Part shown: piece after piece, positions 47,809-62,800 of the stretch
Position numbering within the stretch: position 1 is the first letter of the stretch
How the letters are laid out: every line of letters starts with the position of its first letter
Assembly: GCA_965178125.1 (NCBI GenBank)
Contig: OZ237742.1
Location: 124,001-188,000 of the forward strand
Source of the DNA: Bilabrum cf. latius
Taxonomy: Eukaryota
Direction of reading: 5' to 3'
DNA length: 64,000 bases
Notes under the pieces: model-generated
Database searches by the model: none
Seen by the model: the letters and a program-made list of their open reading frames with translations, nothing else
Told to the model about the DNA's origin: nothing
Position numbers and translations under genes: made by a program

Positions 47809-50800
47809 ATGGCAGACATCAGGATGTATACAGTCAAGATTAATCTAGCATTTTTAGTTTTGATATGCGCCTTGCTCCCGGGAAACGCTTTAGGAGCAGA
47901 CTTTACGGTGAGAGGATTGACAGCAAGGCAGTATGGTCTCTGTATAGCAAAACCACTTCAAGTTTATTCACTGATTCAGTCATACCTCACAGCTATCAAT
48001 TCCTGGGTCTGTCTGTGCTGTCCTGGGATCTGGAGAAATCAAGTGTTCTGGTGGGTCTGTTGCGCAGCGCGGACCCGTAAAACAGATGGATCACGATTGC
48101 TTCGTATACGAAGATGGGCTTATCGTAGATTCATGCACCATTCCATAGAGCACGATAGGCTACACAAGGGTGCGTGACTTCGACGCTTGGTGATACTTTT
48201 CACGTGTGTTGCCAATTGCTCGCAGAAGGGGCGCAAGCACTCCTAATTCATTGATACTGCGTCCTCGTCTCAAAAACATAATTTAGTTTTCCCCTTACGT
48301 ACGGTGCTATCTTGGCCACGCTGCAGGTTTCTACGGCTGCCAGAATACGTATTGGGTTACAGACAGATGGGTCCATAATAGCTGACAGTTCCGACGTGCA
48401 ATGGGTGACAGAGACGAGGTACAAGCCTGGCCCATACATTGATGTAAGACCTGGCCAGGCCGCACATTGTATTAGCACTGAACAAACTTTGCGATAAAGC
48501 TGGGGTGACAAGTATGGGAGCCTACGGAAGCGAGGTGCACGGGTGCTCACTTGCATCATATGGTGGCTAAAGACAGCTCAGTGAACAAGGTCATAGCTTC
48601 ATTCTTCACCAGGTCCCTGCTTACCCAACGCAGCTTGACGCAGGGAGACTATGTGCCTGTGGTGTCTTGGCCAGTGGGGCAGTAGACTGTTGGGGCTACG
48701 AGTGCACGCGAGCCTTGCCAGCGACTGGCGACTTCATACATGTCGCACAGTACATTGACGATCGCTACCGGCCATGCACTTGCGCTGTGTCTCGCGACGG
48801 TACCATATCGTGCCGTTTTGACCGAAGAGGCGATGAGTTCGGGAAGTGCAACCCGCCTTCAAATGCCGACTTTATACAGGTATGGCGCACTACTATTGCA
48901 ATCTGTGAGCCCAGGTCACCCCCCCTTGTATTATCGCAACCGCCTCAAAACATTCTAAACCTTTTTGTAAGCGCAGGTTGCCCGGGGGAACTACCATTCT
49001 TGCGCCGTCTCCCGTAGTGGCCGATTGAACTGTTGGGGCAACCATGATGGGTATGCTGCTCCTGGTCAAATCGCCGGCGACTTTACTCAGGTGAGAGCAG
49101 CCACTCGAACCAGCTCGATGGGGCCTTACTGCCAGCGCTGAAGAGTGCATTCAAAAGTCATGTTATGCCCCTTCGCAGGTCGCTGCAGCGACCGAGATGA
49201 CGTGCGTTAGTACTACGAGAGAATCTGTTGTGTGCTGGGGTTCCTCCCGCAACGCCGGGCTACACGGAGGACGCAGCATTAGCGTGCCGGTCACAGTATT
49301 GACATCGCTACCATACGATGATGGGTAGCTCTAGGCCATAGCCCCAGAGCTTGCCTTTGCAGCTGCCCCCGGAGACGACATGGCGCTTGCTGTTGTCCAG
49401 CTAGCCTTCAGGCCCAATGGATCGTGGCTGGAGCTACTAGCACCACAAGGCAGCTTCAAGTACATTCCATCCCGAAGTATCCCCGACAGGACGATCATGG
49501 TTGTATTTGGTGAAGACACGACCTGTTTTGTTCGTGACCAAGCCACATCGTATGAGCTTCTTTGCAGCTCCGAAAGCAGGAGCACTTTCGTGTCTCGTAG
49601 TGTTGGCATCCACCCGGCACTTGTCTCCCCCGAAATGGCAATGCCAGGTGGTAGGGGTCCACTTCGCCCAGTTGGTGTGATAAGTGGCGAAGGCGCCTGT
49701 GCAGTGATCGTTCCGGAGCAGCACATGTAGAAAGCCGCCAACAATCCTGGCTAGCGTCTGCCGCCGCTTGGCTTGACCAAAGGCACCCAGAACCTCACTT
49801 GTTTCGGTGAATCGGCAGCCGCTGTTCAACTTCGACAGAATCTGCCGCGAGAACCCCTTAATTTGGCTATCCCGCTGCAAGCTTCAGCCGTTGACTGCGC
49901 CTCGCAAACCTGCTGTGCAGTTTCAGCAACAAATGGGTCGTCACTACACTGCTGGTCGTCGCAGTCCGGGGCTCCGAACGATGCTGCTATTGGAGTTGGA
50001 ATTGCATCCAGTCTTCAACCGAAGCTCAATATTTCTGGCCTCTGCGTGGCTGACACAGCTATTTGCACCCTCGACAGCTAGGGTGCAGTTCGCTGCGTCA
50101 ATCATTCCGGCTAGAGCATGCCAGTCCCTGCGCTTCTGATGCCAGCAAGTATGAGTGGCATTCCGGCATCACCTGGGCGATTTTTGGATTGCAGCAACTC
50201 GCACATCTGTGTGGTCACCGAGTCGGGGTGTCCAGTGTGCTTTCCTTCCACTTCAACGAGCAGCGCCAAGGTCCAAGCCCACTTGACCGCAATCCAGGAC
50301 ACATTCTCCTGCTACGATGGCAACAGCAGCAGCGCCATTCCGCACGATGGGATGGCAGTGTCTACAGGTCTGCGAACAACTTGCGTGCTACAGCCTCCCA
50401 CCTCATACAGTAGGTTCAAGTGTGTCGAGGAGGATAAGATCGCAGTAGACCCGACCGACCTAGACCCAGGAATGTTTATTCGGCAGCCGGATCATCAGCA
50501 AGTTGAGGACACTTTTGTCACCGACGTGCAGAGGACTTACTTTGTGGATCCTGCCGCATCCACTTGGTCTGCTCAGTAGAACGACTCGTGCTCACGAGAC
50601 CCTCTTAACGACTATGTCATCCCGCAGGCCGCCATACGAGGACTAGCTGCCAGCGACAGAATCCACCAAACCATCATCGCCGAGCTATACTCCAACTTCA
50701 CACTATTGCTTTAGGTGATGCCAGTATGTCAAAGCGTGCAGGAGGCTGCTTATGCTTTCGCTTGGGATCGGTTAAACGCCACCTACCATTACAGACCGGG

Positions 50801-53800
50801 CTTTAGAGTCGTTGTGCTGCCAGCGCAAACTACCGAGCTAGACGATTCAATACACCATAGCAGTGCATTGCTGCGCACACGCCCAGCAGACTCCCGCACG
50901 TTTTCGCCCCCTGAGAACTCGAGCAGGCTAGACTTACCAATCAAGTAGATCGAGCTGTTCGGCTTAAGTGCTTGGGCCAGCATGGTCTCCTTCTAGTTGG
51001 AGAGGCAGGGATCCATGGACTCGGCCGAAGATTTCTTGGACGCTTGGATCAGCAACGAAGGTCGACGCCTGAACGAATCAGCAGGAGACAATGACGAGAA
51101 GCTGGGCTGGGCACACGACCTGCATGCCCGAGCTGTATTGCAGCACGGGCTCGAACGATCGAGTCGGACACAGAATCCGAATGAGGTCGAGTTTTGTGGG
51201 CCAGCAGACAATAGTTCTGCCAGAACTACTTACTAGGGCTCTACCAGCACTACTTACACGCACGACTAGCGGTGGAAGCATGCATTTGAGGCCACTGACA
51301 TGCTGTGGTCGGTTGAATCAGCACTCCGACTCGAATTAGCGGTCGAGACAGACGTGCGGGTCGTGGGAATCAACTTCATTCATGTACAGCGAGATGTAGC
51401 CAACGCTGGACCGGGCATGTCTGGTGTATCCCCTCTCATTGTGGATGTCTCTTCAGGGGCATCTTCGACGCTCCGGATCATGGGCTGCACAAGCCGTCTG
51501 GCTGCCAGGCTGAACATGTCTGCTGACGGCAGTGGACGAACGGGCATCCAGTAGACGAACGAGTTGGTCGGTGCTGCTCTGCTCCTCTCAAGCAGGCATT
51601 GCACAATCACAAGCAATGGTAGACGACATTGCAGCACGGCTGAGGCCCTGAAAGACGACGGGGCATCATACCTCGATGTTGTGATGCAAAACGTGCAGGT
51701 GCTGCCGGCATGTGTAGCAGCTTCGGCAAGTGCACTCAAGGATGGCGCAATGAGTTCCTTCGCGATTCTACCGTCAAGCAGTTCTATTCCTTCGCGTGGT
51801 TCTCCCTTGCTTCGAGCCATTGGGAATGACACTGCATCTGAGGACGCCAGGTGGGGTCTGCTCGTGGCAATAAGCAAGAGGCCAGCCCCTGCTGTGGCCG
51901 TATTTGATGGGGCATCTCGAGTAAGACTAGAGCTTTCGACTGTCTTGGATGCGTCATCATTCGTAGATCCCATACAAGTTTTGGCCCTGCGAAGTGTTTC
52001 ACGTGTGGAAGTCCTTGAAGTCGTTGCTGTCAGCGCTCGTACGGGGCTGGCTGTCCAATAGAGCCCTATGCATGCCAAAATCAAGTAGGAGATCCACAAG
52101 GCTACTCTATCTGCTTGCACCAGGGTGTATGGTGACGGGTGCAATTAGAGCTTCGCTGGCATCATGTTGGGCGGCACACCTGTGCCGCATGCCTTGGCTT
52201 TGGACTGTGCTTAGAACTACTCTCTAGCCGGGCGAAGCCCCCCTTTGCAGCTAAGTGCACGCCATGACAGCACGCCCCAGCTATCCGGCTCACTGCTTGG
52301 ATTGCACAATCCTGCGGGGTCGTTTGAGGCAGGCCTTGCCACGGTGGATGTGTCTAAGGTAATACTAGTGGATTCTACCGGAGTTCAGCGCAGAGTGAGC
52401 CCCGACCAGTCAAGTATAGCTGAATCAGTGGGTGCAGCTGTGGCCGTGTCTGGTGCTCGAAGCATCGGCGTGAGGCGCGTACTTGTAGTTCGTGCGCCGG
52501 CTGCTTTGTGGTGTGCAGCTCGACGACGTATTTTCAGCGACGCGAACAGTGCAAGCAGCATGCTATATGATTCTAGTGCTGTATTGAGTAGAGGAGTGTG
52601 CGGTGACGAAAAGGGTAGCATAGTCAGAGCATATGCTACTGACTCAGTCTCTATGGTTTCAATAGTGGATGTGGACGCTGACGCACGCAAAGCCATTGGA
52701 CGGCAACCATTCCTCGACGATGTGCTCTCGCTCGCTACTCGGTTGACTTTCAGTGGAAGTATCACTGGGCGAGCTTTGCTGCCTCCTCGAGTCTTGGCAT
52801 TTTACGAAGACGACGCTTGGGTCCGAGCAGCAAGTCAAGACGCTTTGCATGACGGGAGTATGTTCGCAGCCGATGCATCGGCAATCTGGTAGCCAATAAT
52901 GACAGCAGCAAGCCGAGCTACGCGCGACCTGGCTCCACTTCGGCCGAAACTTGAGGTTTCTCGAGCGGCCCCCTCCTCGGTTACCTTGACTGATGCAATT
53001 GTGGTCGGGTCAGGCACACAGAATCACGCGAGTGGGTGGACACAAGCTTTGCAGCTTGCTGCAACAGACTTAGCTGCATCCATAGTCCTCCTTCATAGCC
53101 CCACGGGGGAAGACAAATAGGCTTCTTTTCTGGCCGAAGCAGCTCTGAATTTAGGCTTGTCAGGTGACGGGAGCTAGATTGAAACATGCGAGCAGGACGC
53201 AATTTTGTCATCCACTGGCGCGTTTGACTACTTGCACGAGGACATCGCTGCAATGTCCAGTGAATAGCCTGCAGAGCATACTGTTGAAACTATCATGTAG
53301 TGTGTGACTTCCGCATTCGGATTTCGACCGGAGGCAATTCGTGCAGCGGCAATCTCTCTGCTCCAGACTGCTAGGTCACGGCGAACCGCAATGCACGGTT
53401 CTGGGGGCGTTGCTTCAATTCGCATGTCGGGGCGAGGGTTGGGGGCTTCCATATCAGGACTGCAGGCTGCGCGAATTGCACCGGCTGTTTGGAATGGAGG
53501 TATTCTTGCATTGTCATCAGCTGTTGGACACGGTGATGTTGGCCAGGCCAGTTCCACGGTTAGCCTCAACATTCAATCCAGTTCGATTCAAGCGGCTACG
53601 TCCGTCCTTGGGTCGGGTGGGTTCTTGTCAGTGCAATCATGGGCTCTATCTACTCATCAGGTCGAGGTCAAGCTACAGTCATCCAGCGTGTATGGGTGCG
53701 TTGCTCCAGCTGGTGCCGGTGGCTGCATTGCTGTGGCTCGCTCAAGCAGTTACCCCTGGGAGAAAGACAGCTCAACGATATCACGGCCGGCTATCGATCT

Positions 53801-56800
53801 GGAGGTTTTGGAGTCTAGTCTTTCACACGCTGTATCGGGAAGTGTTGGTGGCGCTATTGCAGTAGTAGGCGTGGGCGGCACCGTACCAACAGTTCGTCTG
53901 GTGGCTTCGACAATTAATGCGTCTCACGCCGAAGCGGGAGGCGGGGCGATATGTTTACTTTAGCTAGCGACAGCTAGCTAGCTTGCTGCAGTGAATTAGG
54001 CAGCAGCAGCTCTGCACCTTCCTATGGGCCCGCTTGCGCGTGCGGACCGCATTGCTCAACCTGATACACTAGTCACCCTCAGCTCTGCAGCCGAGGCTCT
54101 CGGGCCGGACATGGGCTTTGCTTTGCAAGCCATTGATTCTGCTACAGGACTGTTGCATGCCGGATCACTTGTGTTGAACAGTAGCCAGAGAGCCGTTTTT
54201 TAGCCGAACGGGTGGGGGGCACTCCCTGGACTGATCAGTGGGGCTCTCACGCGACCCGTGCCGCAATCTAGTATAGCGATCCAAGGCAGCTCAATTGTTC
54301 ATAGTTTCGTCGGGCGGCCTCCGTGCGTCAGAAGCTTCCGAGCAGGCGCCCAAGCAAGTTGCGGGGCCAATAGTCTTGGTTGCATTCCATGGAGTATGTC
54401 AGCCCTAAGTAATGTGCCCCCACTGCTGAATTCTGCGTAGGGTAGCTTACTACCATGGTAGAGGTCTATGCCACTGTGTAGCGAGCATGCGCGCTCTATT
54501 ATGGTACAGAATGACCTAGTGGCATCACCTTCAGCTCGCCATGCCAAGACGCTTGGCGGCCGTTTGGGAGGAGCTATTCTTCTTGCTTCTGCGGAGAATG
54601 CTTTCCTCAATATGGAAAGCTATCAAAAGCAGTTTGGCAGCAATAGATCAGTGCTACACTCATCAGTGGAGCATGCTGGAGTGGGCCTGAGGGATGGTGA
54701 CTATGAAGCTCGGCCGCCCTTACCTGCCAGAGGTGGTGCACTGGCGGCGGTGCAACTCACTGACCCACAGGTATCGCTGCAGTGGATGGAGCATGGCATG
54801 CTGCTTGGCTCAAAATGGGCAGATCAAGGTGGTTACGACCGGCTTCAGTAGGCGGTTCATGCTGCGCAGCTGCACTCTGCTCCGACAAGATCAAGCATGT
54901 TCAGCGGGTCCACACACAGCACGCTTGTTCGTGAAGAACTCTGGCAACATTCGACGAGTGTTGGAGCAAGTCAGGACAGTGATGAGCAGTCAGAACAGGT
55001 CGCAATACGAAACAACAGTTCGGGCGTACAGCGAGACGAAGCGTGCTTTGCATTCCTTAACGGGTCTTGGTGGACCGATGCATCGACGGAAACGTCCAGT
55101 GGCTTACTTGGGTTCGAATTTGCTCGCTAGGCCGCGACTGCAGCTTCTCAGTGTACAGTCCGAGACGTTGCTACGGGCTGTCCAGCAGATGATGCAACTG
55201 TCCACAATGCTTCAGAGAGTATACCGATGCGAATTAGACGGCAGGCCGTTTATGTCTAGGTGGCCTGCCGCTTTGCAAGGCAATTGGCGCTAGGTGCTTC
55301 AGGCACCAGAAATGAGACCATTAAGATTCGTTCTAGCACTTGGGTTGCGGATTGGTTGGAATTCATTGGGTCATGGGAGCGACTTGCAGCTATGCCTGAG
55401 TCTGAAATCAACCCAACGAAGCCGTCACTGACTGTAATCGTTCGGGATGGGACTTCTATTCGTAGGTCTGTTAGTGCGGCCGCACCTGGCACTAAGTCTT
55501 CTTCCACCTCAGGGGGCGGCTCACTTTACATTGAAGGAGCCAAAAGCTACATCCTTGGTGGGGCCTCCCTTGCACATGGGTCCACAGGAGGATCGGGAGG
55601 GGTCATTCTGGCTAGATAGAGCTCACTACTTCTGGCAGGAGCTAGCATCTCCACAGGTTTGGCATGGGATGGTGTAGGTGGCTGCGTTGCCCATCTCGAC
55701 GCGCAATCGACAGAATCTCAGGTACGAGACGGTAGTACCATTTCGGGTTGCGTTGCGATGCGTGCTGACGGAGGCATCATTCAGCATATTGCTGGGGACG
55801 GGCAGTTTGGAGGGGGGTGTCTCGCAACAGTCCGATCAAGCATAAAGGTTGGACCTCATGCCAGGCTAGATGGCTGCAGGGCCAATGCTATGGGTGGTGC
55901 TTGGATGCACACTGGGGAGCAGTCTCGCGCTGAGCTAATCGGTCCAGTTGCATTGCACGACGGTATCGTACTCGGAGATGGGTACAATCTGCAAGCAATG
56001 AAGCAAGGGCATCTGGAGATCACGACACACCGCGCGGACGAGCAGTCTACCCCTCAGGAACCGCTCGCTCCCCTAGAGCCGCGGCACATCGTCGCAGGTG
56101 GGGGATTGCTTGGTATATCAAGTTCTTTTAGTTTGAACTCTTCGCTATGCAGACCTGTTGGCACGTGCTCGTTCTCGCTCGGGAAAATACATGGGATGCG
56201 ATCGGCCAGAGGGGGTTGCCTGATGGCGGATAGCCTGGCCCAGCTTGACGTCGCATATCTGGGTCTGTCGGATTGTTCTATCTGGAGCACGCTTCCTACT
56301 GATGTTTAGCCAAAGCCAGCGGGATAGGGTGGAGCAGTGTCAGTTTCACGGATGCGCGTATCAGATGCCTTGTACTCGGCAGCGACCATCCGATCTGTTT
56401 TAGTGGAGGATGGCTCTGCCTTGGGAGGCGCTGCCTTTTCTCTCGATTTGCGGTCATCTGGTGAGGCTACTCTAGACAAAGCAGTGATCAAAGGTGTTGC
56501 TAAAGGAGTTGGAAAGGCTGTGTATTTCCCCGATCCATCTGGCGTGCCTCATCAAGATCTGAATTCATACGGCTGCGATGACCATGGTACGGCATTGAGT
56601 GGCTCAGCCTTGCTATGGTATAGGAGATCCTGCTTGGGGGCAGCCGCTGTCAAAGGTATCTGTCCGGGATGCCTCATCGACGACGCATTCCAGCCTCAAC
56701 TATTAGGCCTCGATCGTGTGAAATCGCCTACAGTAAGATTTTGGCAGATGGCTAGCCATTCGGATTCGAGATAGCTTTCATCCCGACATTCGAATGCCTC

Positions 56801-59800
56801 AGCGATGAGCCAAAAGGGTAGTGCATGGCGCACCTTGCGCCCTTTTGCATCCGGCATGCGCCGCTTGGAAACGTAGTACGTGCTTCCGTCCTCCAGCAGT
56901 GCGAGTGCGGTACGGCAGGCTGAGACGATATACTTACCGGGCATCGAATCGCAGAAATCGCTTCTAGTCGCAAGTCTGCTCGACGCGTTTTCTATGCCAC
57001 TTGATGGCGACCTGGCGCAGCAGTACGGGGTGCTTTGCAACGTGTAGGCAACGCAAGAGCTTACTCATGGCACCAGACAAGCCGTCCTTCCAGTCAACTC
57101 AACCCGCACATATACTCCAAATACTGCAACGGGAACCGTTGACGTGCGGCCGTATGGTCTGCTGGCAAGCATGGGGGCGGTGGTCCGTCTATAGGTGCGT
57201 TGCTCTAGCAGTGTGTTGGGAATCGAATCGGACCCCGTGGAGATTCTCACTCGAGTTGCTGGCATCAAGGCGGGGCTATCATTTGCCGTAGCCAACACCT
57301 CAGGTTTAACCACTTATCTGACAGTCTTGTCAGCAGATGCATCAACTGTCGGGATTCTGCAGCGGGCTCAAGAGGACCGGGATGCGCTTGCATTGAGTTG
57401 TCGTACATCAGAGTCAGAGAGTACCAGCTATTCTTACAAGCCAGAGATTTAGGTCAAACTGTTATCTGATGCCGGCGGGCCTTCGGGGCAATACAACGAG
57501 GGCGTTCGCTTGGCGAACATTTTATGCTCTCTCCAGTCCGTAAATCCTCGCCCAGTTCAAAGTGCCTTAGCAGCCGAGCTGGCAAGCCCATCATTGCAGA
57601 CAGGTGGAGCCTCGGTTCTGCTTGGGTCGACTTGCAGTAGAACAAATGACAATGGCACTGCCAGGTTCAAGGGCCTAGGTGCGCAGCGCACGGAAATGCA
57701 TACCGGGGCCGGTCCAGGGCTTGTTACGACTCTTCCTTTTGGGTGGGAGACCGACATTGGCGTCTAGTGCGACTGGGGGAATCCGTCAGAGCCATTCGGG
57801 GAAGTGAACACGTTGAAACTACAGTCACCACTCATGGTTTGGGCTGTGAGGGCGTGGAAGCACAACCCAATCGGCAACGGCGTCATTCAAGAGCTAGTAG
57901 AGCCGAGCGATGCTCTGTTGTCTTAGCTGTAGCCATCCACTTATGGTACAACTCGTGCCCTGGCAGCAGGACGTGGTCGTCCTTCAGATTGGTTGCACCC
58001 TTGGCGGTTGCCAGTTGCTGCTGACGCAACCGCGTGGGCACCGCCGCACCCTATTGCTCCAACGCTGACCTCTCTGCCCGGAAAAAGTCTTCCAGCAACA
58101 TCGCACCTCCCATTTGCCTCGCCTATTCTTTTACATGAAGGCCAGGTGCTTGAGCCCTCGTGGCCATCTGCTCTCCCGAGTATGCCGTCTATCAGCGAAG
58201 GTGTGCAGCCTCTGTCGCCGGCACCGGAGATACTTGTAGAAGTGCGAGGCGCATCGGCGGCAACAATGTCACAGCGTGGATCTAGGGTTGCGTGCTCTCT
58301 TCAAATCGAAGCATGGGCGGCTTGGAAGAGTGGAAACGCTGCAAGGCTAGTTGATGCTGGATAGATCCAAGTGCCGCAGCTTGTGGGCAATGTAACGTGG
58401 GTGGGGATAGCCGATTGGGAGCCGGTTTCTCTGAAAGCAAAGACTGATACGGGCGGTACGATTGCCTACGGAGGATTCTTACAATTTGAAAAGTAGACTG
58501 AAATGTTGTCTTCGGAGCTGAGTGGCGGGGTCTGGTCGTCAGCCGTACAGGGCAACCCAATCCCAGATGCAACATCGGCTACGAGTCAAGTACTTTCTTT
58601 GCGTAATGCAACTAGAAGCTTGCCTTAGCAAGGAGCTATGGCCCGAGTTCGGTTTCCTTATGTCGGCATCGCAGGCGTTTCCTCGGGTGCCTCAGTGGTG
58701 CTTGGTGCCCGGTGCACTTGGGGCGGCATGCACGACGTCAGCCGCGCACCGGCTGCATCGCGACCTCTTCTGCGGAGCGATGTCTTGCCCCTCCAAGTTA
58801 CTTTGGACCGCAAGAGAATGCGATCGTAGCTCGTGGCTGGGTTTGATGTGTCTCAGGGCCACGCTGTGAATGCCTCGCTGGATCCTGAGTTGGTCGAGTA
58901 TCCGGTGGTCAGTGTTGCACACTGGTCCGACATTCCTGCTGACGACTTAGTTGCTGCAGGGCAGCAGATTTCTGGCCATATTGTTCCCCAAAAACAAGTA
59001 TTAGAGCTTGTTCCAGCCCCTGCAGCTCAGGTGAGCATTTCACCTCCTTTCGATGACCTTTTGCGCGGAGAACCAGACCAGGTTTACCGGGGATCGAAAA
59101 TCACCTCCAACCAGGCTGAACGAATCGAGACCTATCTAGGAGTCGTAGGGCTACCGCAGGTGGGGTCATGGCCATCAAGGCTGCAATTTCCGGCAGCCTT
59201 GGCACACCGCTAGAATCCGGTGGATCGATCGCCAATCAGCCCGTCTTAGATCCAGCTGGTGAATGCCTCTTTTAGTCGTGGTCTTCATGCTTCAAATGGT
59301 AACGAAGGGGCAGCTGGCTGGTATACAGTCTTTAAGGGCGTCGGTGTCAGTACAATACGTCGAGACGATGCGTCAAGCGCGTTTCACAGGGGTGCTGCTA
59401 CCTACCTAAAGATTGAAGCTCACTGGATAAACGGTGAGGTATTTACTCAGGTGATGCCTGTAGCTCAAGTATCAGATCTGCTCGCTGTGGTTCCTCCTTC
59501 GACGGTGAGATGGAGCGTTTCTTTTCCTGAAGAGGCTCTAAGGAGCCAGCAGTCTTGGGTCAACGTTGCCTCTGAGCTCCTCCATACAGAAAATGCAGTA
59601 ACGCATGCGGGCAACTCGTCGGCAGTTCAAATTGAAACCTTACCAAGTGCAGACAGGGGATATGCACTCAGCGGATAGACGTCAGACCTCATTATTCGTG
59701 ATGTGGATCTCTAGTCGCTCCGTCCAGCTCCCGAGCTTGTGGTAGCTGCTGTATTTCCTTGCAACGTGACGGATCGCTGGCCTGGACTCATTGGCCCTGA

Positions 59801-62800
59801 AAGCAAAGGCTACACCCCATCATCTGTGTCATGCCTTTCTGAAGCGCCGCTCACCGCTACATCTAGACAGGAAATAGCCACGCGACTGCTTCTTCGGCAC
59901 CGGCAGATAAGCGTGCTGGGGCAGTGGTCATCACTGGGTCACACAACCAGGCGAGACTGCCGGACTCCGAGAATGCGCTGCAGCTTGAGCCAGATTTCTA
60001 CAGTGCTATCTGACAATCGGGCGGTGTCTTCTGCAGGTAAGCTCGTTGGATGGACCAACACATACACTACCCCAGTCAACCTGACTCGCGTAGCAGCTGC
60101 CACCCTATCGGTAGGCTCGCTTTCATCTGAGTGTCATAGCCACTGGGGTCTTCCAGCCACCGGGGTAGTGCACTCCCTTGGCGTTGCTGCAGATTTCGGC
60201 ACTGCCACTCAAGTTGATGCCAGGTGTGACTGGCTGACGACAGGGACCATTCGGTCCCAAGATTCGAATGTGTTTGGGCCAAGCATTCCTGAAAATGTTA
60301 ACGGAGCTGTGTTGGAGATTGCTACGAGCAACCTGAACGTCGATTGGAATCCAGTCCTGCCTGATGATCTTAGTGATTCAATGCTGCTCACTTGCCCGTC
60401 ATCCGATCCCGTGGCCGTCGAACAAGCTCTGAAGATCAACAATACCCTGGGGCAGGCTGACCGTCCGCTTCGAGTCTTGTATGGAGACACGCATCCAGTA
60501 GCAGTTGCCGTGTTCAAGAAAGGTGCTGCTGGATCCCGAATCCCGATCTTACCAGCGGAAGCGTCTGCAGCGCGATGCACCCTAACCGTCGATGGAGTAT
60601 CTGATAGTGGTGACTCGGCAAGGCTAAGGGGTGGCGAAGCGGCAATTTCTGCCCAGCCCATGGTTAGGAATGGAGGCATCGGGGGTATGTCTGTAGCCAC
60701 CATGTGCCTGCAACTGCTTGCGGATGGTGGGACTAACGCCCGGCTGTTTGTCCAGTGCAAGCTGGCAGATCGCACAGTGACTAGTCCTCCTCTACATCTA
60801 CAGGTACCATTTTTACGCATCCGGGAGTTTCAGCCCCTCGCATCAGTCGGGAAGCCCAGTACGCCCCAAGTTTTAACTCCTTTGCGTCCTGCTGGAGCGA
60901 TCGGGTTTGAAGACGAGCTAGGAGTCGAAATGCCGGTGCCATCCCAGTGCTTTGTGATTCTTCTGGAGGATAGCGTGCAAAGCTGGACGAGACCTCCACT
61001 TCACGACGGCACTGAGGACCATTCCACTGTATAGGCATCACTCCTCGTGCCTCCAGCAAATGGGTACTTCCCAACGGTGGACCTTCAGCAGGCAGATCCA
61101 AGCTTTGTAAGACGGCAAGAGCGGTTCTAGCAGCTTGGCATGGAAACTGATGAACGGTCAATTGGTGGAAATAGAAGCCTACTGCATTTTGCTAACTAGG
61201 TCACATAGACACAAGTTGCAGGTATCATTTCTCGAGGTGGAGTAGTGCCTATTGACCGAGTCGTACTGCAAGCGGACTACGGCGTCTCAGTCAGCTTGAG
61301 GGTAGAATGCATGCGATCACAAGGCGGGGAAGAGGTGGTGTTCACGGCTCCAGTGCACATGCGAGGAGATGTCGGTCTCTGGTTTTAGTCGCCCCCGGAA
61401 TCCGTCCAATCACAAGAGCCTTTCTACATGTCGGTCGAGGTAGCAACGGTGTGGGATGGAATGTATGCCGTAGATCCTCCGGTGCGAGCTACTGATGAAG
61501 TGCATGTCAGATGCATTGCAAACCTGTTGTCAAACGACACGTCCGTGATGTTGCTCAATGCCGAAGCAGATTCAAGGGCGGGATTGGTGGAGTGGCCCGC
61601 CATTGCGGCATTGGGACGTGCTGGGCAGGAGTACGAAATCGACGTAACATGCTTTAGGGGAGAATCCATCCGGCTGCCTGGCACACCCCTGCGCTCGACC
61701 ATTCGGATGACTCCTTGCGGCCCCGGAAAGGAGCCTGCAGGGGTCGGCGGGGTCAGGTGTGATGATTGTCCGACTGGAACATATTCGCTTGGATGGGATG
61801 GAAGCGCTTGCAAGTCTTGTCCGGACGAGTTGGGGTTTGCCTCCTGCGCCGGGGGTGAGATATCATTGCCCCCAATGGGCTGGTTTCTCGTGTAGAATGA
61901 GGAAAGCGCACCTATGGTGAATTCAACCACTGGAGAGAGAGAAATTTCCGCTTCCGCCGAATTCCACGAGTGTCTTTCGCCGGCGGCGTGCGTGATAGAT
62001 TAGCAGAACAGAGTGTTTTCGTGTGCCAAAGGGCATACTGGACCGCTGTGTGCCGTGTGTGACTAGGCTCTGAACTATGGCGCCAGCTCAACCCCTGGAG
62101 AGTGCGTTCCGTGCTACTCCGACGGTGCCAACTGGACTCTCGTCGGCCTTGGAGTGGTTGCTCTTGTGCTTGGTCTGCTGTATGTTGCAGTGCTCCAGCA
62201 GCCCGACAAGAATAATAGGCTCGGTATCTTGTTCCGCATTGGAATGAATTATGTCACGGCTCTTGGAACTCTTGGTCTCTACAAGGCGAAGGGCACCGAG
62301 ACCTTTCGTTTGTTGTTCGGGTGGACCGAGACAGCAGGCACAAGCCTTTTTGCAGGGAGTCCGCTTCAGTGCGCGGCGCGCCCATCTTTCGCAACTGTGT
62401 TTCTTACAGCTGTGGCATTCCCTTTCGTGATCAGTGCGGTCGCCATTCTCCTGAACCTACTTGTGTTTGCTCTCGAGTCATGCACGGGGACCTTGATCCG
62501 GCGAAGGGGGTTCGAGGGGTTGATGAATCTTTGTCGCTGCTGCAAAGGTAGGGCGAACGGCAAGAGTCAACCTTAGATAGCTTCTGCAACTGGAAGTGGC
62601 AACTCGATGATGATATCGTCTAATCCAATATTCTCCGAAGAAGGCGGGCGCGCAGGCCGGCTCAGGTTCCAGCAAAAGCTTGATACCTCTACGCCCTCCC
62701 CTTTGATAGCCCGAGGTCAAAGAGAAGCCCCGAACCTTGAGAGCGGCGGCTCAACAAGCCAGGATACAGTTGGTTCGTGTAATGCTTACAATCAGGGCGT

